From contig NC_068987.1 in the NCBI RefSeq assembly GCF_001194135.2, forward strand, positions 60,693,271 to 60,757,270: a stretch of DNA of 64,000 nt, read 5' to 3'. This document shows positions 10,651-23,872 of this stretch, piece by piece. The DNA is from Octopus bimaculoides. Taxonomy: Eukaryota. Made by a program: the position numbers and the translations under genes. A model generated the notes under the pieces. That model was not told the origin of the DNA and ran no database searches. It saw only the letters and a program-made list of their open reading frames with translations. The stretch's first letter is position 1; each line of letters opens with the position of its first letter.

Positions 10651-12860
10651 TTACATAAATGCAAACTCTGTCTCATCTGTCTTTATCAAACCAACCAAGC
10701 CATGCCGGCATGGAAACGAGGATATTAAATAATAATGATGACAATGACGGTCTGTGTTTGCTTCATCATAACTATGTGATTTCAGATTTTGAACTTACTC
10801 TTACAGTATTGGGTTGATTAATTAATTGCCCTGTAAATGAAATTAAGTAGGTGGAAGTGCATTATGTGTTTGTGTATCATCATCATAATTCATAATTTAA
10901 CATTTGTATTCTGTGCTGTCATGGATTGGGCAGTTCAACAGGATCCAACAACACCTGTTGTATTTATATAAATATGTGTGTGTATATACCTACATATATG
11001 TGTGTGTGTTTATATATATTATATATGTATCTTTATAAATGCATGCATATATATTATACACCTGTCTGTATAATTGTTCCCCCCATCACCACTTGACAAT
11101 CAGTGTTGGTATGTTTACATCCCTGTTACTTAATGGCTCAGCAGAAGAGACTGATTGAACAAGTATTAGGCATGAAATATAAGCCTTGGGGTCAATTTGT
11201 TTGACTAGAACTCTTCAAGGTGGTGCTCCACCATGGCTGCAGTCAAATGACTGAAACAAGTAAAAGAATAGATACCTGTGTGTATATAAAATGTGTATGT
11301 ATATATATGTGTGTGTGTGTATACACACATTCACATGCGCGTGTATTTGTTGTAAAACAGTATTTTCAAACTAAGCAATCTCCACTCATGTCTATGTCCA
11401 CGTACCATTTTCATATCTTACGAGAAATAAGTACTAGACACCTTTGAAGGCTATGCCTCTGTATATGATTAAAGCCGGTAAAAGAAGGGAACGGCTTCAG
11501 TGGAAACACATTAACTGTGCAGTGAATAAAGCAATGAATAAATTTACCATTACTCACTGCACTCTTCAAGAACACTAAATGACATTAACATCCTGACATC
11601 CCACTCAACAAATCCACATTCTCAACCACACCCAAACACAAATACACACACACACACACACACACTTCAAAAATTTATTTCTGAAGTATCTCAGTACCTT
11701 TCACATAGTACATGGATGATATCACAATAAAAAAGAGAGAAAAAAATATATTTAGATACATTGTGTGTATTTAGTATTTAAAAATTAGAACCAAATATGC
11801 AAAATTTGATCCCAGATCACTAGTAATATAATCTGTTTTGTCTATTGACAGTGTTAACTCTGCTGGATCCAGAACCAAAAATGATTTATTAAGAATTATA
11901 TTGTAGGAATGTCTATAACAATGTTGCCATCATGATTACAGCCAACACAGAAAATACACCACACCCATAGATAGCAAAACAAAAACAAAAAAAAATTACA
12001 ATTAACTCTTTTGTTATCATATTTCTGTTGAAAAAATAAATTCATAATTTAGTAAATTAACTTTATCATCATCAAACTAGTGTTTGGAAACTAAACACTA
12101 ACATGAAATTCTGAGGGACAGTTTTAATTTACATCTCTTTAAAACAGGAAGTTTTTATCATAGAGCTAGGGGCAGTGTTCAGTGGTTTAGTATCAAAAGG
12201 GTCGAATAACAGTTACGTGATGCAAAAAAGTATAATCATAGTTGTGATCTGTTCCAGTTCATATCTGCAACTCCAAACATCTTCAAAAGGTCTGGGCATA
12301 TCAAAAAAGCAAATCTCACCAAAAATGGATGAAATTACAACACTGTTTTAAAATCAGTTTCTTTTCCATCCATTCCAAATAAAACTTGTTTGCGTAACTC
12401 ATAACTTCCTGCACAAGATTGTAAGTTCAGCCATTCCCGAAACACATAATATCACAAAAATCATACTAACCCTGATTACATTCATTTTGGAAGAAATAAG
12501 GAACTCTGTAATGTAAAGATGAGAATTTTAATCTCTTCTATCATTTATTCCTATCCTTTAACAGAATCATTACAGAACTGGGCTTTTTCACATAGAAAAT
12601 TTTTTTAGCAGAATGAAAAATTAAAAGTTAATACATACATATGCACAAACATATATGCATGGTTGAGAAATGTGCTTCCCAATTATGTAGTTTCGAGTTC
12701 AGTCCCATTACATGGAACCTTTGGTGAGTGTCACCTACTATAGTCCTTGGCCATCGAAAACCTTGTTAGTAGATTTGTTAGACAGAAACTGAAAGAGGTC
12801 AAACCTGCATATTTACATATATCCCAAAGAACCTCCCAAAGTTAGAAATCTCTAATTATT

Positions 12861-13243
12861 TACATTTGATGGATATTTGTCCTCATCTTGTTTGTTAACA
12901 CAACATTTCGGCTGATATACCCTCCAGCCTTCATCAGGTGTCTCTTAACCACAACACCATATGCCCGTGGGTATATGGCATTGTGGTTAAGAGTGCAGGC
13001 TATTAACCCCAAGATTCCAAGTTCGATTCCAGGCAGTGACCTGAATAATAATAATAATAATAACATCAAAAAATACCTTAGGAATGAGAACCCAGGTTTG
13101 AAATTTCCCCAAGACACCTGATGAAAGCCGGAAGGTATATCGGTCGAAAAAAATTGTGTTAACAGCAAAGAAGATGAGGACAAATAGCCATCACATGTAA
13201 ATAATGTACATAATTCCTCATCTCTTAAATATAGAACAGTATC
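12861..13243. mobile_element. Palindromic element with tRNA-like head, two hammerhead-like motifs and 11-bp TSD
   Basis: TSD CTCTAATTATT at 12850-12860 and 13244-13254; A-box near 12976, B-box GTTCGATTCC at 13021-13030; CTGATGA...GAAA cores at 12897-12942(-) and 13113-13160(+). Confidence 0.75.
12897..12942 (-). ncRNA. Putative minimal type I hammerhead ribozyme
   Basis: GACAC-CUGAUGA-A-GGCUG(gagggtatat)CAGCC-GAAA-U-GUU|GUGUU; stems I and II pair and the core is canonical. Confidence 0.65.
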
Positions 13244-15536
13244 CTCTAATTATTATCCTAGCATGATAAGATTGCCAATGAAAACAATCATACAATATCA
13301 ATATATGTAATGATACAAACAACAAAACCACCATAAAATCTTTTAACATGTTCAACCCTGCATATAAGGACAACTCAAAATAACTAGACCTCCAAGATAT
13401 AAAAGATTCAAGGCAACAACCCTGTCAAACATATATTTCCATCATCAGCTACCTAATGGATATCACTATGATTTCGACTCCTGGGCATTACCGTTCAATC
13501 AGCCTGTGTCAACAACATGAAAAACAAACACTACATGGAAATCAATAGACAAGTAGCAGGAGGGAAACATTAGAGTAATATGTCCATTTTGTCTATACAT
13601 GCTTATTATTGCAAATGCTAACATCAAATATAAACAAAATTGTATTAAACCTGTAGCTACAATGCATAAAAATTTAAAAGTAGTATCTATAAAACAAAGA
13701 AATATGTTCCAAAGAGGACAGTACTACTTCAAAAACTATAGAATAAAATAGAACTAGCAAACTAAGTGTATTAAGCAAAATTTACTGAACCACCGATACA
13801 TAACTTGAAAAATAATAACAACCTAAGGCATTACTAACCTAGAACTTCAAAGATATAGATTAATTAATAAACATAGACCAATAGATATACTGTTTCGCAT
13901 TCCATGACACATTCCAAACAGAAAAGTACACCCAAGACACACCAAATGTAAACCAGCAAAACTATTTTTGAATCAATGTTCTTAAACCATGTGACATTGA
14001 AATAGACTTGCAGAGATCAATATCTATTAAATATAAATTAAATTACAGAAAATAAGTCAACCAAATAAATTCCTTATTTGAAAAAAATGTAAAGAACATA
14101 AAATTATAGAGATATGACAAAAATTTCCAAACCATAACAAATTACTAACATAAATAAAACAACCAAACTGAATAAGTTACAATTTAATCATGAGACACAA
14201 ATTGCCTACGACTTAAAAACAATTCTAAGTAAACTTGTAACTTAATAAACATTATGGGAGGTATTTAATGTAATATTTTCACTGAAAACCTATAAATATT
14301 TTTAAAATTATTAAAACAAACAAATTGTTACAAAAATATTCTTCATTTAAAATAAACACCATGTGCTTCAAAGAAAATAACAAAAATACTCATTTATTAA
14401 AAAATAATTATTAATTAACCACAGAAGCAGTATTAATACTGAAAGGTAATATTTACCCTCACTTAAAAGTGAATGTAGTGTTAGAACACAGAATACTACG
14501 ATGGTTGCCTTGAGAGAACCTCCAATTGTTCAATCAATGGCACTTCCTAATTGAATTGCAGTGTAGATGGATGAGTATTCCACAGCCAACTTGTGCCATT
14601 AGCATAATTTACAGCCATAACAAGCATGACACAATTTGACAAGTTTGGCTCTTTGGCATACAGCTGCAGTTCATCATAGTGTCCAACATTCAGTTTCAAT
14701 ATCAATGCTTTGTGAATAGAATTGTAGATGGAAACTATATGGAAATCCATCTTACTTGTGTATGTTTTTTGAGCTCCATGTTTCTTTGCATTGGCATCGT
14801 TTCAGCAGTACAGATGTGTTTATGACTTCCATAAATAAAATGCCTGGCAATGGTTCAACATGCAAAGGAATGGAATAAATATCTTACTTGAAAAACAAGG
14901 ATTAGTGTCAGGAGGATAGTATCAAAAGGAAGAACATTGCCTCAAGAAGTTTTGTCCAACTAGTGCTGGTATGGAAAAAACATGTTAAAGCTATGGTGTC
15001 AATGAGGATATTGATGATGGCACAGAGATGGGGTTCCAACCGGTATTTTTATTTTGATGATTCACACTGGACCCTAAATCAGTAACCCCACTGCCTGATG
15101 GGTATAAGATGTACTTCTGTACTTCTGTAACTTATGTGAAAGGATCCATTCTCTAAGCATTTCACTGTGTGGATTGCTCTTAGGTATTCATAGTGGTATT
15201 TCCATTCTATGGATCTATTCAAGAAATACTTAGGACTTAACTTCAGCAGTGCTTGTCTTCAATTAATTCATCTGTATGTGTTGTGCTTCATAGTTTATAT
15301 ACACTTACAACACATTAAATGTTGCTTAATTATGTGGTCTATGAATGTCGTATATTATCCAGTTTACAACATTTAAGTTTTCTTGGATGTTAAACACATT
15401 AAAATTGTATTTTTTATTTGGAAATTCAACAATTAATTTCTCTGAAATCTCCCTACTCTCTCGTTACATTTTTTTTCAGTTTATCCATCAAACATTTGTC
15501 AGTTTTTTCACGTAGATACAATTTAAATATATAGCC

Positions 15537-15921
15537 ACAGGAGTGGTTGTGTGATAAGAAGCTTGCTTCCCAACCACATGGTTCCAGGTTCAGTCCCACT
15601 GCATGCCACCTTGAGCAAGTGTCTTCTACTGTAGCCTTGGGCTGACCAAAGCCTTGTGAGTGGATGTAGTAGACAGAAAATGAAAGAAGCCCATCGCACG
15701 CGCGCACACACACACACACACATATGTGTGTGTGTCTGTGTTTGTCTCCCTCCCCATCACCACTTGGCAACTGGTGTTGGTGTGTTTATGTCCCTGTAAC
15801 TTAGCAGTTCAGCAAAAAGAATCCAATAAAATAAGTACTAGAGTTGATTCATTCAACTAAAATTTCCAGGCGGTGCCCCAGCATGGCTGCAGTCTAGTGA
15901 CTGAAACAGGTAAAAGATAAA
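15537..15921 (+). mobile_element. Full-length SINE family A (tail type 1)
   Basis: caggagtggttgtgtg head, ggttcagtcccac B-box, accttgagcaagtgtc CORE-like segment, (CA)n hinge, tail ending gactgaaacaggtaaaagataaa. Confidence 0.9.
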
Positions 15922-16180
15922 ATATCTGTATCCTTTCCATAAATATTTCTCAATTCAGTGACCTTCCTAGAATAAACATTCTCTGATGGTAGTGAGAGGG
16001 ATAACGAGGAGAAAGAGATACAATAAGACAATAGTATTTATCTGAAGCTCATTTGTATACAAGTCACCTGCTGTGAATTTGAACTCAAAATATAAAATCA
16101 TTGAAGCATACTTAAATCATAGTCACACACTATTGCAAAGTCATACACTCCACTGTTTCCCTTTTTTCTTAAAATTAGTT

Positions 16181-16393
16181 TCATCCTTTTGTTACCATAT
16201 TTCTATGTTTCTTTCCTTTAATCTTAAATATAACAAAGAATTTAGTAAAATAACTTAGTTATCATTAAGCTAGTGTTAACATAAATTGTGACTAAGGTTT
16301 GGTGGAACATTTTACTTCCGCACTTTTGAAACAAGACATTTGTACTACAGAGCCAGAGGCGGTTTTCAGGCGGGTTGGTATCAAAAGGGTTAA
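16181..16393. mobile_element. piggyBac-type MITE, family 2 (reverse orientation, one end decayed)
   Basis: Homologous to 26771-26996; right end AAAAGGG|TTAA. Confidence 0.8.
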
Positions 16394-16596
16394 CATTCAC
16401 TCACAGATGCAATACTTTGGCCCATTGTTAATGTTATATCCTGGAGTCACTGGGTATTTTTGATCTTAAAATATATACCTTCATCCATACAACCTGACTT
16501 TGATTGATCAAGCTTCAGCCTGTGTCAAACCGGCATTTATCGATCTCACTCATCCACCTCTTTCAACCAGAGCCATCTCAATTTCTTTTGTCAGCA

Positions 16597-16812
16597 GCAA
16601 GGTGGTGAGGTGACAGAAACTTTTGCATGCCGGGTGAAATGCTTAGCGGTATTTCGTCAGTCTTTACTTTCTGAGTTCAAATTCCGCTATGGTCAACTTT
16701 GCTTTTCATCCTTTCGGGGTCGATAAATTAAGTACCAGTTGCGTACTGGAGTCGATCTAATCAACTGGCCCCCTCCCCAAAAATTTCGGACCTTGTGCCT
16801 AGAGTAGAAAAG
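16597..16812 (+). mobile_element. SINE family B
   Basis: Same head, B-box and tail as the copy at 52163. Confidence 0.85.
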
Positions 16813-18878
16813 AATATTTTATCAGCAGCTTCTACATTCTTGATAGCTCAACTTCTGCTCACTTCTGTAATGCCTAGGCCTTACATTTTTCAATTGCATG
16901 TCTTTTACTAGAATTAAACCCCCTATGACAGTCATGATAGAGGATATTGTGGAGACAGAGATGTATTAACCCTAATATATGACAGGTACTTACTTCATCA
17001 AGTTCATAGGTATAGATGTCAACTCTGAAAGCTAAACCCAAAATGTAAAGTGATAGGAAAATGCTAATCACAGTGGAAGTTACTCTGAAGCCTGTCACTC
17101 AGCTGTTTTCTTTTCCTTTCATTTGTTATTAATTAATTCCTATCCATTTCGCCATTGGGAAATTTCACTGTCCCACAAATTCAATTTCTCACTGTCACTG
17201 AGAAAAGATACAAAACACCTTGTAATCAAATATTCTCATTTGATTCATCAGTCATGACAATTTCTGGACAACATTGGTTAAAATATAATTTTTAACAGTT
17301 GCTTTAAGGCAATTTGGTAATTTTACCTCCTATTGCCAACACGGAAAAAGGTTATTAGATGAGTCAACTGGAAAGCATATAATTGGTAATAAGAATGACA
17401 TTGGAGAAGTTGTATAAATGACTTGTCATGTCTAACAGGGAATCATATTCAATGTAGGAATTCACTTTTAAGAAGACAAAGGCTCAGATGAATTTTGATG
17501 GAGTTAGCATTTTTTTACTTCTTCCAATTTTGTATAATGCTGATTTGATATGGGTGAGTTCTATAGCAAGAGAACTGAAATTAGTTCTCAATAGTTCAAA
17601 ATGTCAATAAAGAGTAGATTTTGATTCTATAGGGGTTTTTCGATTGAGTACTCTAACTAGCAAAAATAGAGAGCTTCATTAATTTTATTGAAAACACCTT
17701 TTTGTTCTTAGCTGTAGAAATGAGGTGCAAATCTATATCAGCCTTTTCCTTTCCCTTGGACATCGGTGACACGAAGAGGGGAGGCTGGTATGCATGGGTG
17801 ACTGCTGGTCCTCCATAACCAACCTTGCCTAGACTTGTGCCTCGGAGGATAACTCTCTAGGTGCAATCCCATGGACATTCATGACCGAAGGGCATCTTTA
17901 CCCCTTTTTTTAAAAAGTAATAAGGAAGGAATTACTTTCTTCAAGAATGTGTTCTCTTTCTTGGACGCATTCTTTCTGTTGCTTTTTCAAACTCATCAGC
18001 GTAATTAATCTTCATCATTATTGTTTCATCATCCACATTTCTCTGCTTGCATGGGGATAAAGTGGAATTTGTTGTGACAGATTCTCTGCAGCCCTATATG
18101 CCCTTTCTGTTGGCAATCTTCTCTTGTCTCCATGCAAGGTAATATTTCCTCATGACAAGATATGTTTTCACAAAAGATTGGAAATGAATGACACTGCTTG
18201 TATGATGGTGACACTCGCTTACGACTAATATATAATACAAAAACTAGGAGATACAAAGACACACACACACACATACACGTATGACTCATCATCATCATCA
18301 TCATCATAAGTCATTCTCCATGCTGGCATCAATTGGATGGTTTGACAGGAGCTGACCAGCCAGGGAGTTGCCCAGGCTCCAATCTGTCTGTTTTGACATA
18401 ATTTCTATGACTGGATGCCTTTACTAATGCCAGCCACTTTGCAGGGTGTACTGGGTGCTTTTTACATGGCACCAGCATGTTTGTGTGTGTATACCATCAA
18501 CATTATGATTTAATATCTTTTCCAGGCTTGTACGTGTATGACAAGAATCTGCTGGGGTAGAATTTTTTAATAGTGAGATGCCTTTCCTGTTGCCACCCCC
18601 CACCCCCACTTGTTTTCAAGTGAGGTAATAATCCACCTGTTTATCAGACAAACTGCCTGGGTATGTTTACTTGGAGAACCAGAAACCAAATGACAATGTT
18701 AGTGAAACCATTGTTTACAAACCAGCAAACAAACACATACACATATATACTCACAAATATATATGCATATATGAGCTTCTTTCAGTTTCCATCTACCAAA
18801 TCTACTGGCAAAGCTTTCATTAGGTCAAGACTATAGAAGACACTTGTCCAAGGCGCTGCACAGTAGAAAACATATGAT

Positions 18879-18921
<43 letters not shown>

Positions 18922-21004
18922 NNNNNNNNNNNNNNNNNNNNNNNNNNNNNNNNNNNNNNNNNNTTTTTTTTTTGTGAATTCTCCCATATATATATACTTT
19001 CTCATTTTTCATTTTTTTATGTTTCTAACATCCTCATAGTAACTCTTTCTGCTTGTTTCTCTTTCCTTCTATCTTACTCCCTTCTCTTTCTCTCTCTCTC
19101 TCTCACCTGTACACAGCCTTGTCTAAACCAGATGATGTTTATGTTCATAAGCTGCTGCATGCTATCAATCACATACTTTTGTCCTCCTGTCAGAGGTTAG
19201 CCCACTTCTAGTGGTTTATAGTTATTCTGATAGTCTACTCAATCTTGTCTTTTCTATTCTTAGAGACAATAAAATAAGCTGCAGTCAGCTATGTATAGAT
19301 TGTCCTGTTGGATTCTTTCTTTGAGAAGAAACCTTATGATTATAGATGATATTCTTGTTCAATATTTTTTAAAATTAAAACATGTATAAGTTCTCTATTC
19401 ATGGAATTTTGCATATATCCCATTTGCTGCCCCTTATACATATATCATTTACCGCTTACATCAAGAAACTGCCAAATTAATCAAATGATATAAAATTCAG
19501 ACAGAAAATGTTTCTAGAAATAGCTGTGTGGATAAGATAACAAATTAATTGGCTTTTAATTATGTTACTGTTTTGGCTGTTTGAGAAATCATCAGCCATT
19601 TCTACTTAGGTAGATTTAACTGATTAAGAAAATGGATAAAATTAATCATTAACCCTTTTGTTACAATATTTCTGTAGTATAATACACAACCTTTTATCAA
19701 TTAATTTTGAAAATAATGAAGCATTTTGTAAAATTCTTTCAATGCCTGAAATTTTGTGGTGGTGGGTGGGGCTAGTCGATTATATCAACCCCAGTGCTCA
19801 ACTGGTACTTACTTCATCAACCCCAAAGGGACAAAAGGTAAAGTTGACTTTTGCAGAATTTGAAACTGTCATTATTAGGCTGGTGTTGGGAAAAAGTATT
19901 TGTTCCATCTCTTTACATTCTAAGTTCGAATTTTGTTGCGGTCAACTTAGATTTTTATCCTTTTAGTGTCTGCTAAAGTAACATAGCAAATGTTTGGGCT
20001 GATGGTTGTGATTAACCCCATCCTCTCACTATTGTTGGCCTTGTACCTGAATTTGAAACATTTATGAAATTGGACAATGGTGTCTGGTTCAGATGCTTAG
20101 TTCACAACCACATGATTTTAGGTTCAGTCTTTGTGTGTGGCAACTTGGACAAGTGTCTTCCCAGGCCAACCAAAACTTTGTGAATTAATTTGGTCAACAG
20201 AAACCGAAAGAAACCTGCTGTGTATGAGTGTGTGGACAGATGGACTTGGTTTGCTATCAAGCAACAGTTCATTATCATCATCATCATCATCATTTAACAT
20301 TCATTGTTCATGCTGGCATGGGTTGTACGGTTTGACCAGGGATGATAAGTTGAAGTCTGATTGGCATGGTTTCCATGGCTGAATGCCTTTCCTAATGCCA
20401 ACCACTCAAAGATTGTAATGGGTGCTTTTACATGCCACCAACACAAGTGCCAATTGCATGACACCAGTACCTGCCATGACTATGGTTTTACTTGGCTCGA
20501 TGAGTCTTCTACTCATTATTTTGCCAGAAGTTTCTGTCATTTGCCATTGCCTCTGCGGGGCCCAATGCTCAAAAAGTGCTTTTTACATGTCACATTACTT
20601 CCGTGAGACCCAACACTTGAAAGGTGCGTTTTATGTGCCACTGGCATCGGCCACAACTATGATTTCATACGGCTTGAAAGGTCTTCTCAAGCACAGTATA
20701 TCAAGTAATAGTTGTTTTACAACTATTACCATCACACAAGCAGTGTCATGGGGAAAGGTTACCTTACTTAGAAATAGGTGACGGTTGGTAACAAGACAAG
20801 AAAATTTGCCTGAATAAATTGCATCTGATCTGTGCATGCATGGAGAAGTGGACATTAAACCAATTAAAGCTATTCAATTAATGCAAATATATTATGTAGA
20901 GAATTATTTCAATTTGCTGTGTAGGTGTTTCATCTGCCTGGAACATTTTTCATAACAAAGTTGACAATTCTCACAACATTGGTTGATACAAAATCCCAAT
21001 CAGC

Positions 21005-21221
21005 TTAACCCTATTGATGCCAACACACCTGAGACTATGCTTGGCTCTATGATATAAACTTTGTGTCCTGAATTGAAACCTCCAGCAATATTTCCTGTTA
21101 ATTTTTCTTCCAAACACCAACTGAACAAGGGCAGTTATTTTATTAAATTCTTCATTATTATCAAAATTAACTGTAACAAATGTATTGTATTTCAGTAGAA
21201 ATATAGTAACAAAAGGGTTAA
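21005..21221. mobile_element. piggyBac-type MITE (family 2-related)
   Basis: TTAA|CCCTATTG ... GTAACAAAAGGG|TTAA. Confidence 0.75.
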
Positions 21222-21459
21222 GGTGCTGTTGTATCCTTGAGCAAACTTTGTTTGCCTCAGTTTACCTGTCTTATAATAGGTTCTTTTCTTATATTGTAGT
21301 TGATTTAGTTGTAGAAAGGATATCTGACTCTGTGATAAACAGATAACTGGCTCCATGCTTTGTGACTGTACAAATTCATAAGAAAACAAACATGCAGATT
21401 TTGTTTGTGCTAGCATAGAGAAATAGATGTAACAATCACAGTAAATATCATTATTTTAA

Positions 21460-21815
21460 TGTTCACTTTTCCAAGCTTGCACAGGTCACACAGCTTTTAT
21501 CGAAGCAGATTGTTTTATAATCAGATACCTTTCCTGACACCAACTCTCAACTGTTTCCAAACAAGGTAATATTTCCTCATTCCAGATATGTTCTCACAGA
21601 ATATTGGAAATTAATGACACTGCTTGTATGACAGTGACAATCATTTACACTTATCACACAATGTGAAGACAAGGAAATGTAAACATACACATGCACGCAG
21701 TTTCTGTCTACCAGATCTACTGACAAGGCTTTGGTCAGCTTAACACTATTATAAAAGACACTTGTTCAGGGTATTACACAGTCAGATGGAACCTGAAACC
21801 ATGTGGTTGGGAAGC
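21460..21815 (-). mobile_element. SINE family A head with alternative tail type 2
   Basis: Family A head and core (about 21700-21815) joined to the tail-2 module (gtcactgtcatacaagcagtgtc...ggaaatattaccttg). Confidence 0.7.
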
Positions 21816-23424
21816 AAACTTAACCTATAAAATTCCAAAGTAAATTGATAAATAAATAACAAAAAGAGTTGTAAGTAGAATAACTAACAGAGTATTAACG
21901 GATGAAAATCTAAAGGTTTCTGTTCTCGAAGCTGCAGGTTTGAGAAGAAATTTAGCTACTCTTTGAAAATTATCCAGTGAGTAACAGGCCTTAACCCTTT
22001 TTATGCCAGTCTATCTGAGACTTTCCTGGTTCTATGATACCACCTCTCTGTTTTAGAATTTATCTCAATTGTAACCTTCCATCAAAATTTCATGTTACTT
22101 TACATTCAAAATAATGAAAAAATGTATATATGTGGTGTGTTCCTGTTTGTCAGCTATCATAGGAGAGACAACCCTTCTAGATTAAGTTATAGCATGATTG
22201 GAAGTTTGAATTATAAATCAAGGAATAAAGAAGAAGGTACCCAGAATGGATATTGATGTGGGAGGCCAAATCTAATTGGTTTGGACATATAACATGTAGA
22301 ATGTTTGAGCTGGAAATGATCAGTTTAAACACTAAAGGGTTAAAAACTAAAAGGAAACTAGTGTGTGTGTGATGAATGTAAAGGAATTGTGGTACTCTTT
22401 CTGTAATTGTAGAGTCTAATTACTATATGACTAAAGCAACTAAAATGTTGAAAATGGAAGATGGGAAGTAGTCTCTGTATTCTAGGAAATTTAGTTCCAC
22501 AACACAACACCTTGGGCAAGTGTCACCTATTATAGCCCTGGGTCAATCAATGCCATAGTTAATTTGGTTGACAGAAAGTGTATGGAAACCCATCATGTGT
22601 ATGTGTCTCTGTTTATCTCTCCCCACTCCCACTTGACAACTGGTGTTGCTTTGCTTACATCCCTGTAACATAACAGTTCAGGAATAAGATTGATAGGATA
22701 AGTACCAGACTTAGTGATAATTACTGGTATCAATTTGTTCAACTAAAACTCTTCAAGGCATGGCTTCAGGCTAATGACTGGAACAAATACAAGATAAAAG
22801 ATATCATTGGTTAGGATACAGTGACTGAGTATAAGATTTTCTGAAATTGTTGTAGTAGCCATTACATAGAAGTTCTCTCATAAGCTTTATTCAATAGGTT
22901 ATTGTCGATTAGCCTCAGCTCAGATCTTAACCGGCAGGCCTGTAATCAAAGTTGTTTCTTCCATTACTTTCCTAGTTTTTTTTTTCCTATGTGGTTCATC
23001 AAGGACCACAATATCCAATGTTTCCTTTCAATTTTAAAACAGTTGGGTGCATAATTCAAAGGAAATTTCGCTGTTATTTTCCATAGTATAGTTGTGTTAT
23101 ATATATACATATAATGTACTGTTCTTTGATGGTAAGGTCAACAACAAAAAAAGTACTCCATCTGGTGAAAAATAAATATTATTAAATAGACACAGTACAG
23201 TTTTTTATGTGCTAATAGTTTCATACGTTGAGAAATAACTCAAACATATTCATCAGATACAAACTACATATAATGAACTGAAAATTGAATGAGAGAAGAA
23301 ATGCAAAATGCTGAGAAAGATGCATAAAGAAAACATGGAAGGTTAAAAACAGAAAGTGAAAAAAGTAAAATAGGTAAAAGAGTTATCCTCCTTAGACCTT
23401 ACATTATAAGGCTGGAAAGGTATC

Positions 23425-23795
23425 AATGAGCTACTCTTTTGTTTCAGTCAGGACTGCAGCCATGCTGGAGCACTACTTGAAGGGTTTAGTTGAGCAAATC
23501 TTCTTCAGGGCTTATTCCTTTTTCAAGTCTGGTACTTATTCTATTGGTCTCTTTTTAGCTGAACCACTAAGCTACGGGAACATTAACAAGCCAACATCAG
23601 TTGTCAAGTGGTGGTGAAGGACAGGCACACACATATATAACGGGCTTCTTTCAGTTTCCATCCTCCAAATCCACTCACAAGGCTTTGGTCCACCTGTGGC
23701 TATAGTAGAAGGCATTTGGCAAAGTTGTCATGCAGTGGGACTGAACCTGAAACCATATGGTTGGGAAGTAAACATCTTGCTACACAGCCATCCTT
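23425..23795 (-). mobile_element. Full-length SINE family A
   Basis: Reverse complement of head, core and tail 1. Confidence 0.85.
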
Positions 23796-23824
23796 GATAT
23801 GTGTATATTTTGTTTCTCACCATA

Positions 23825-23872
<48 letters not shown>

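Noticed and set aside
12962-13040. Genuine tRNA gene
   Set aside because: A and B boxes are present but no complete cloverleaf is evident and it is embedded in a TSD-flanked repeat; treated as a tRNA-derived head. The same applies to the other SINE heads.
13400-14300. A-rich stretch next to the hammerhead element as a possible Penelope ORF or GIY-YIG relic
   Set aside because: No RT or GIY-YIG motif could be read in any frame by eye; it would need a frameshift-aware search.
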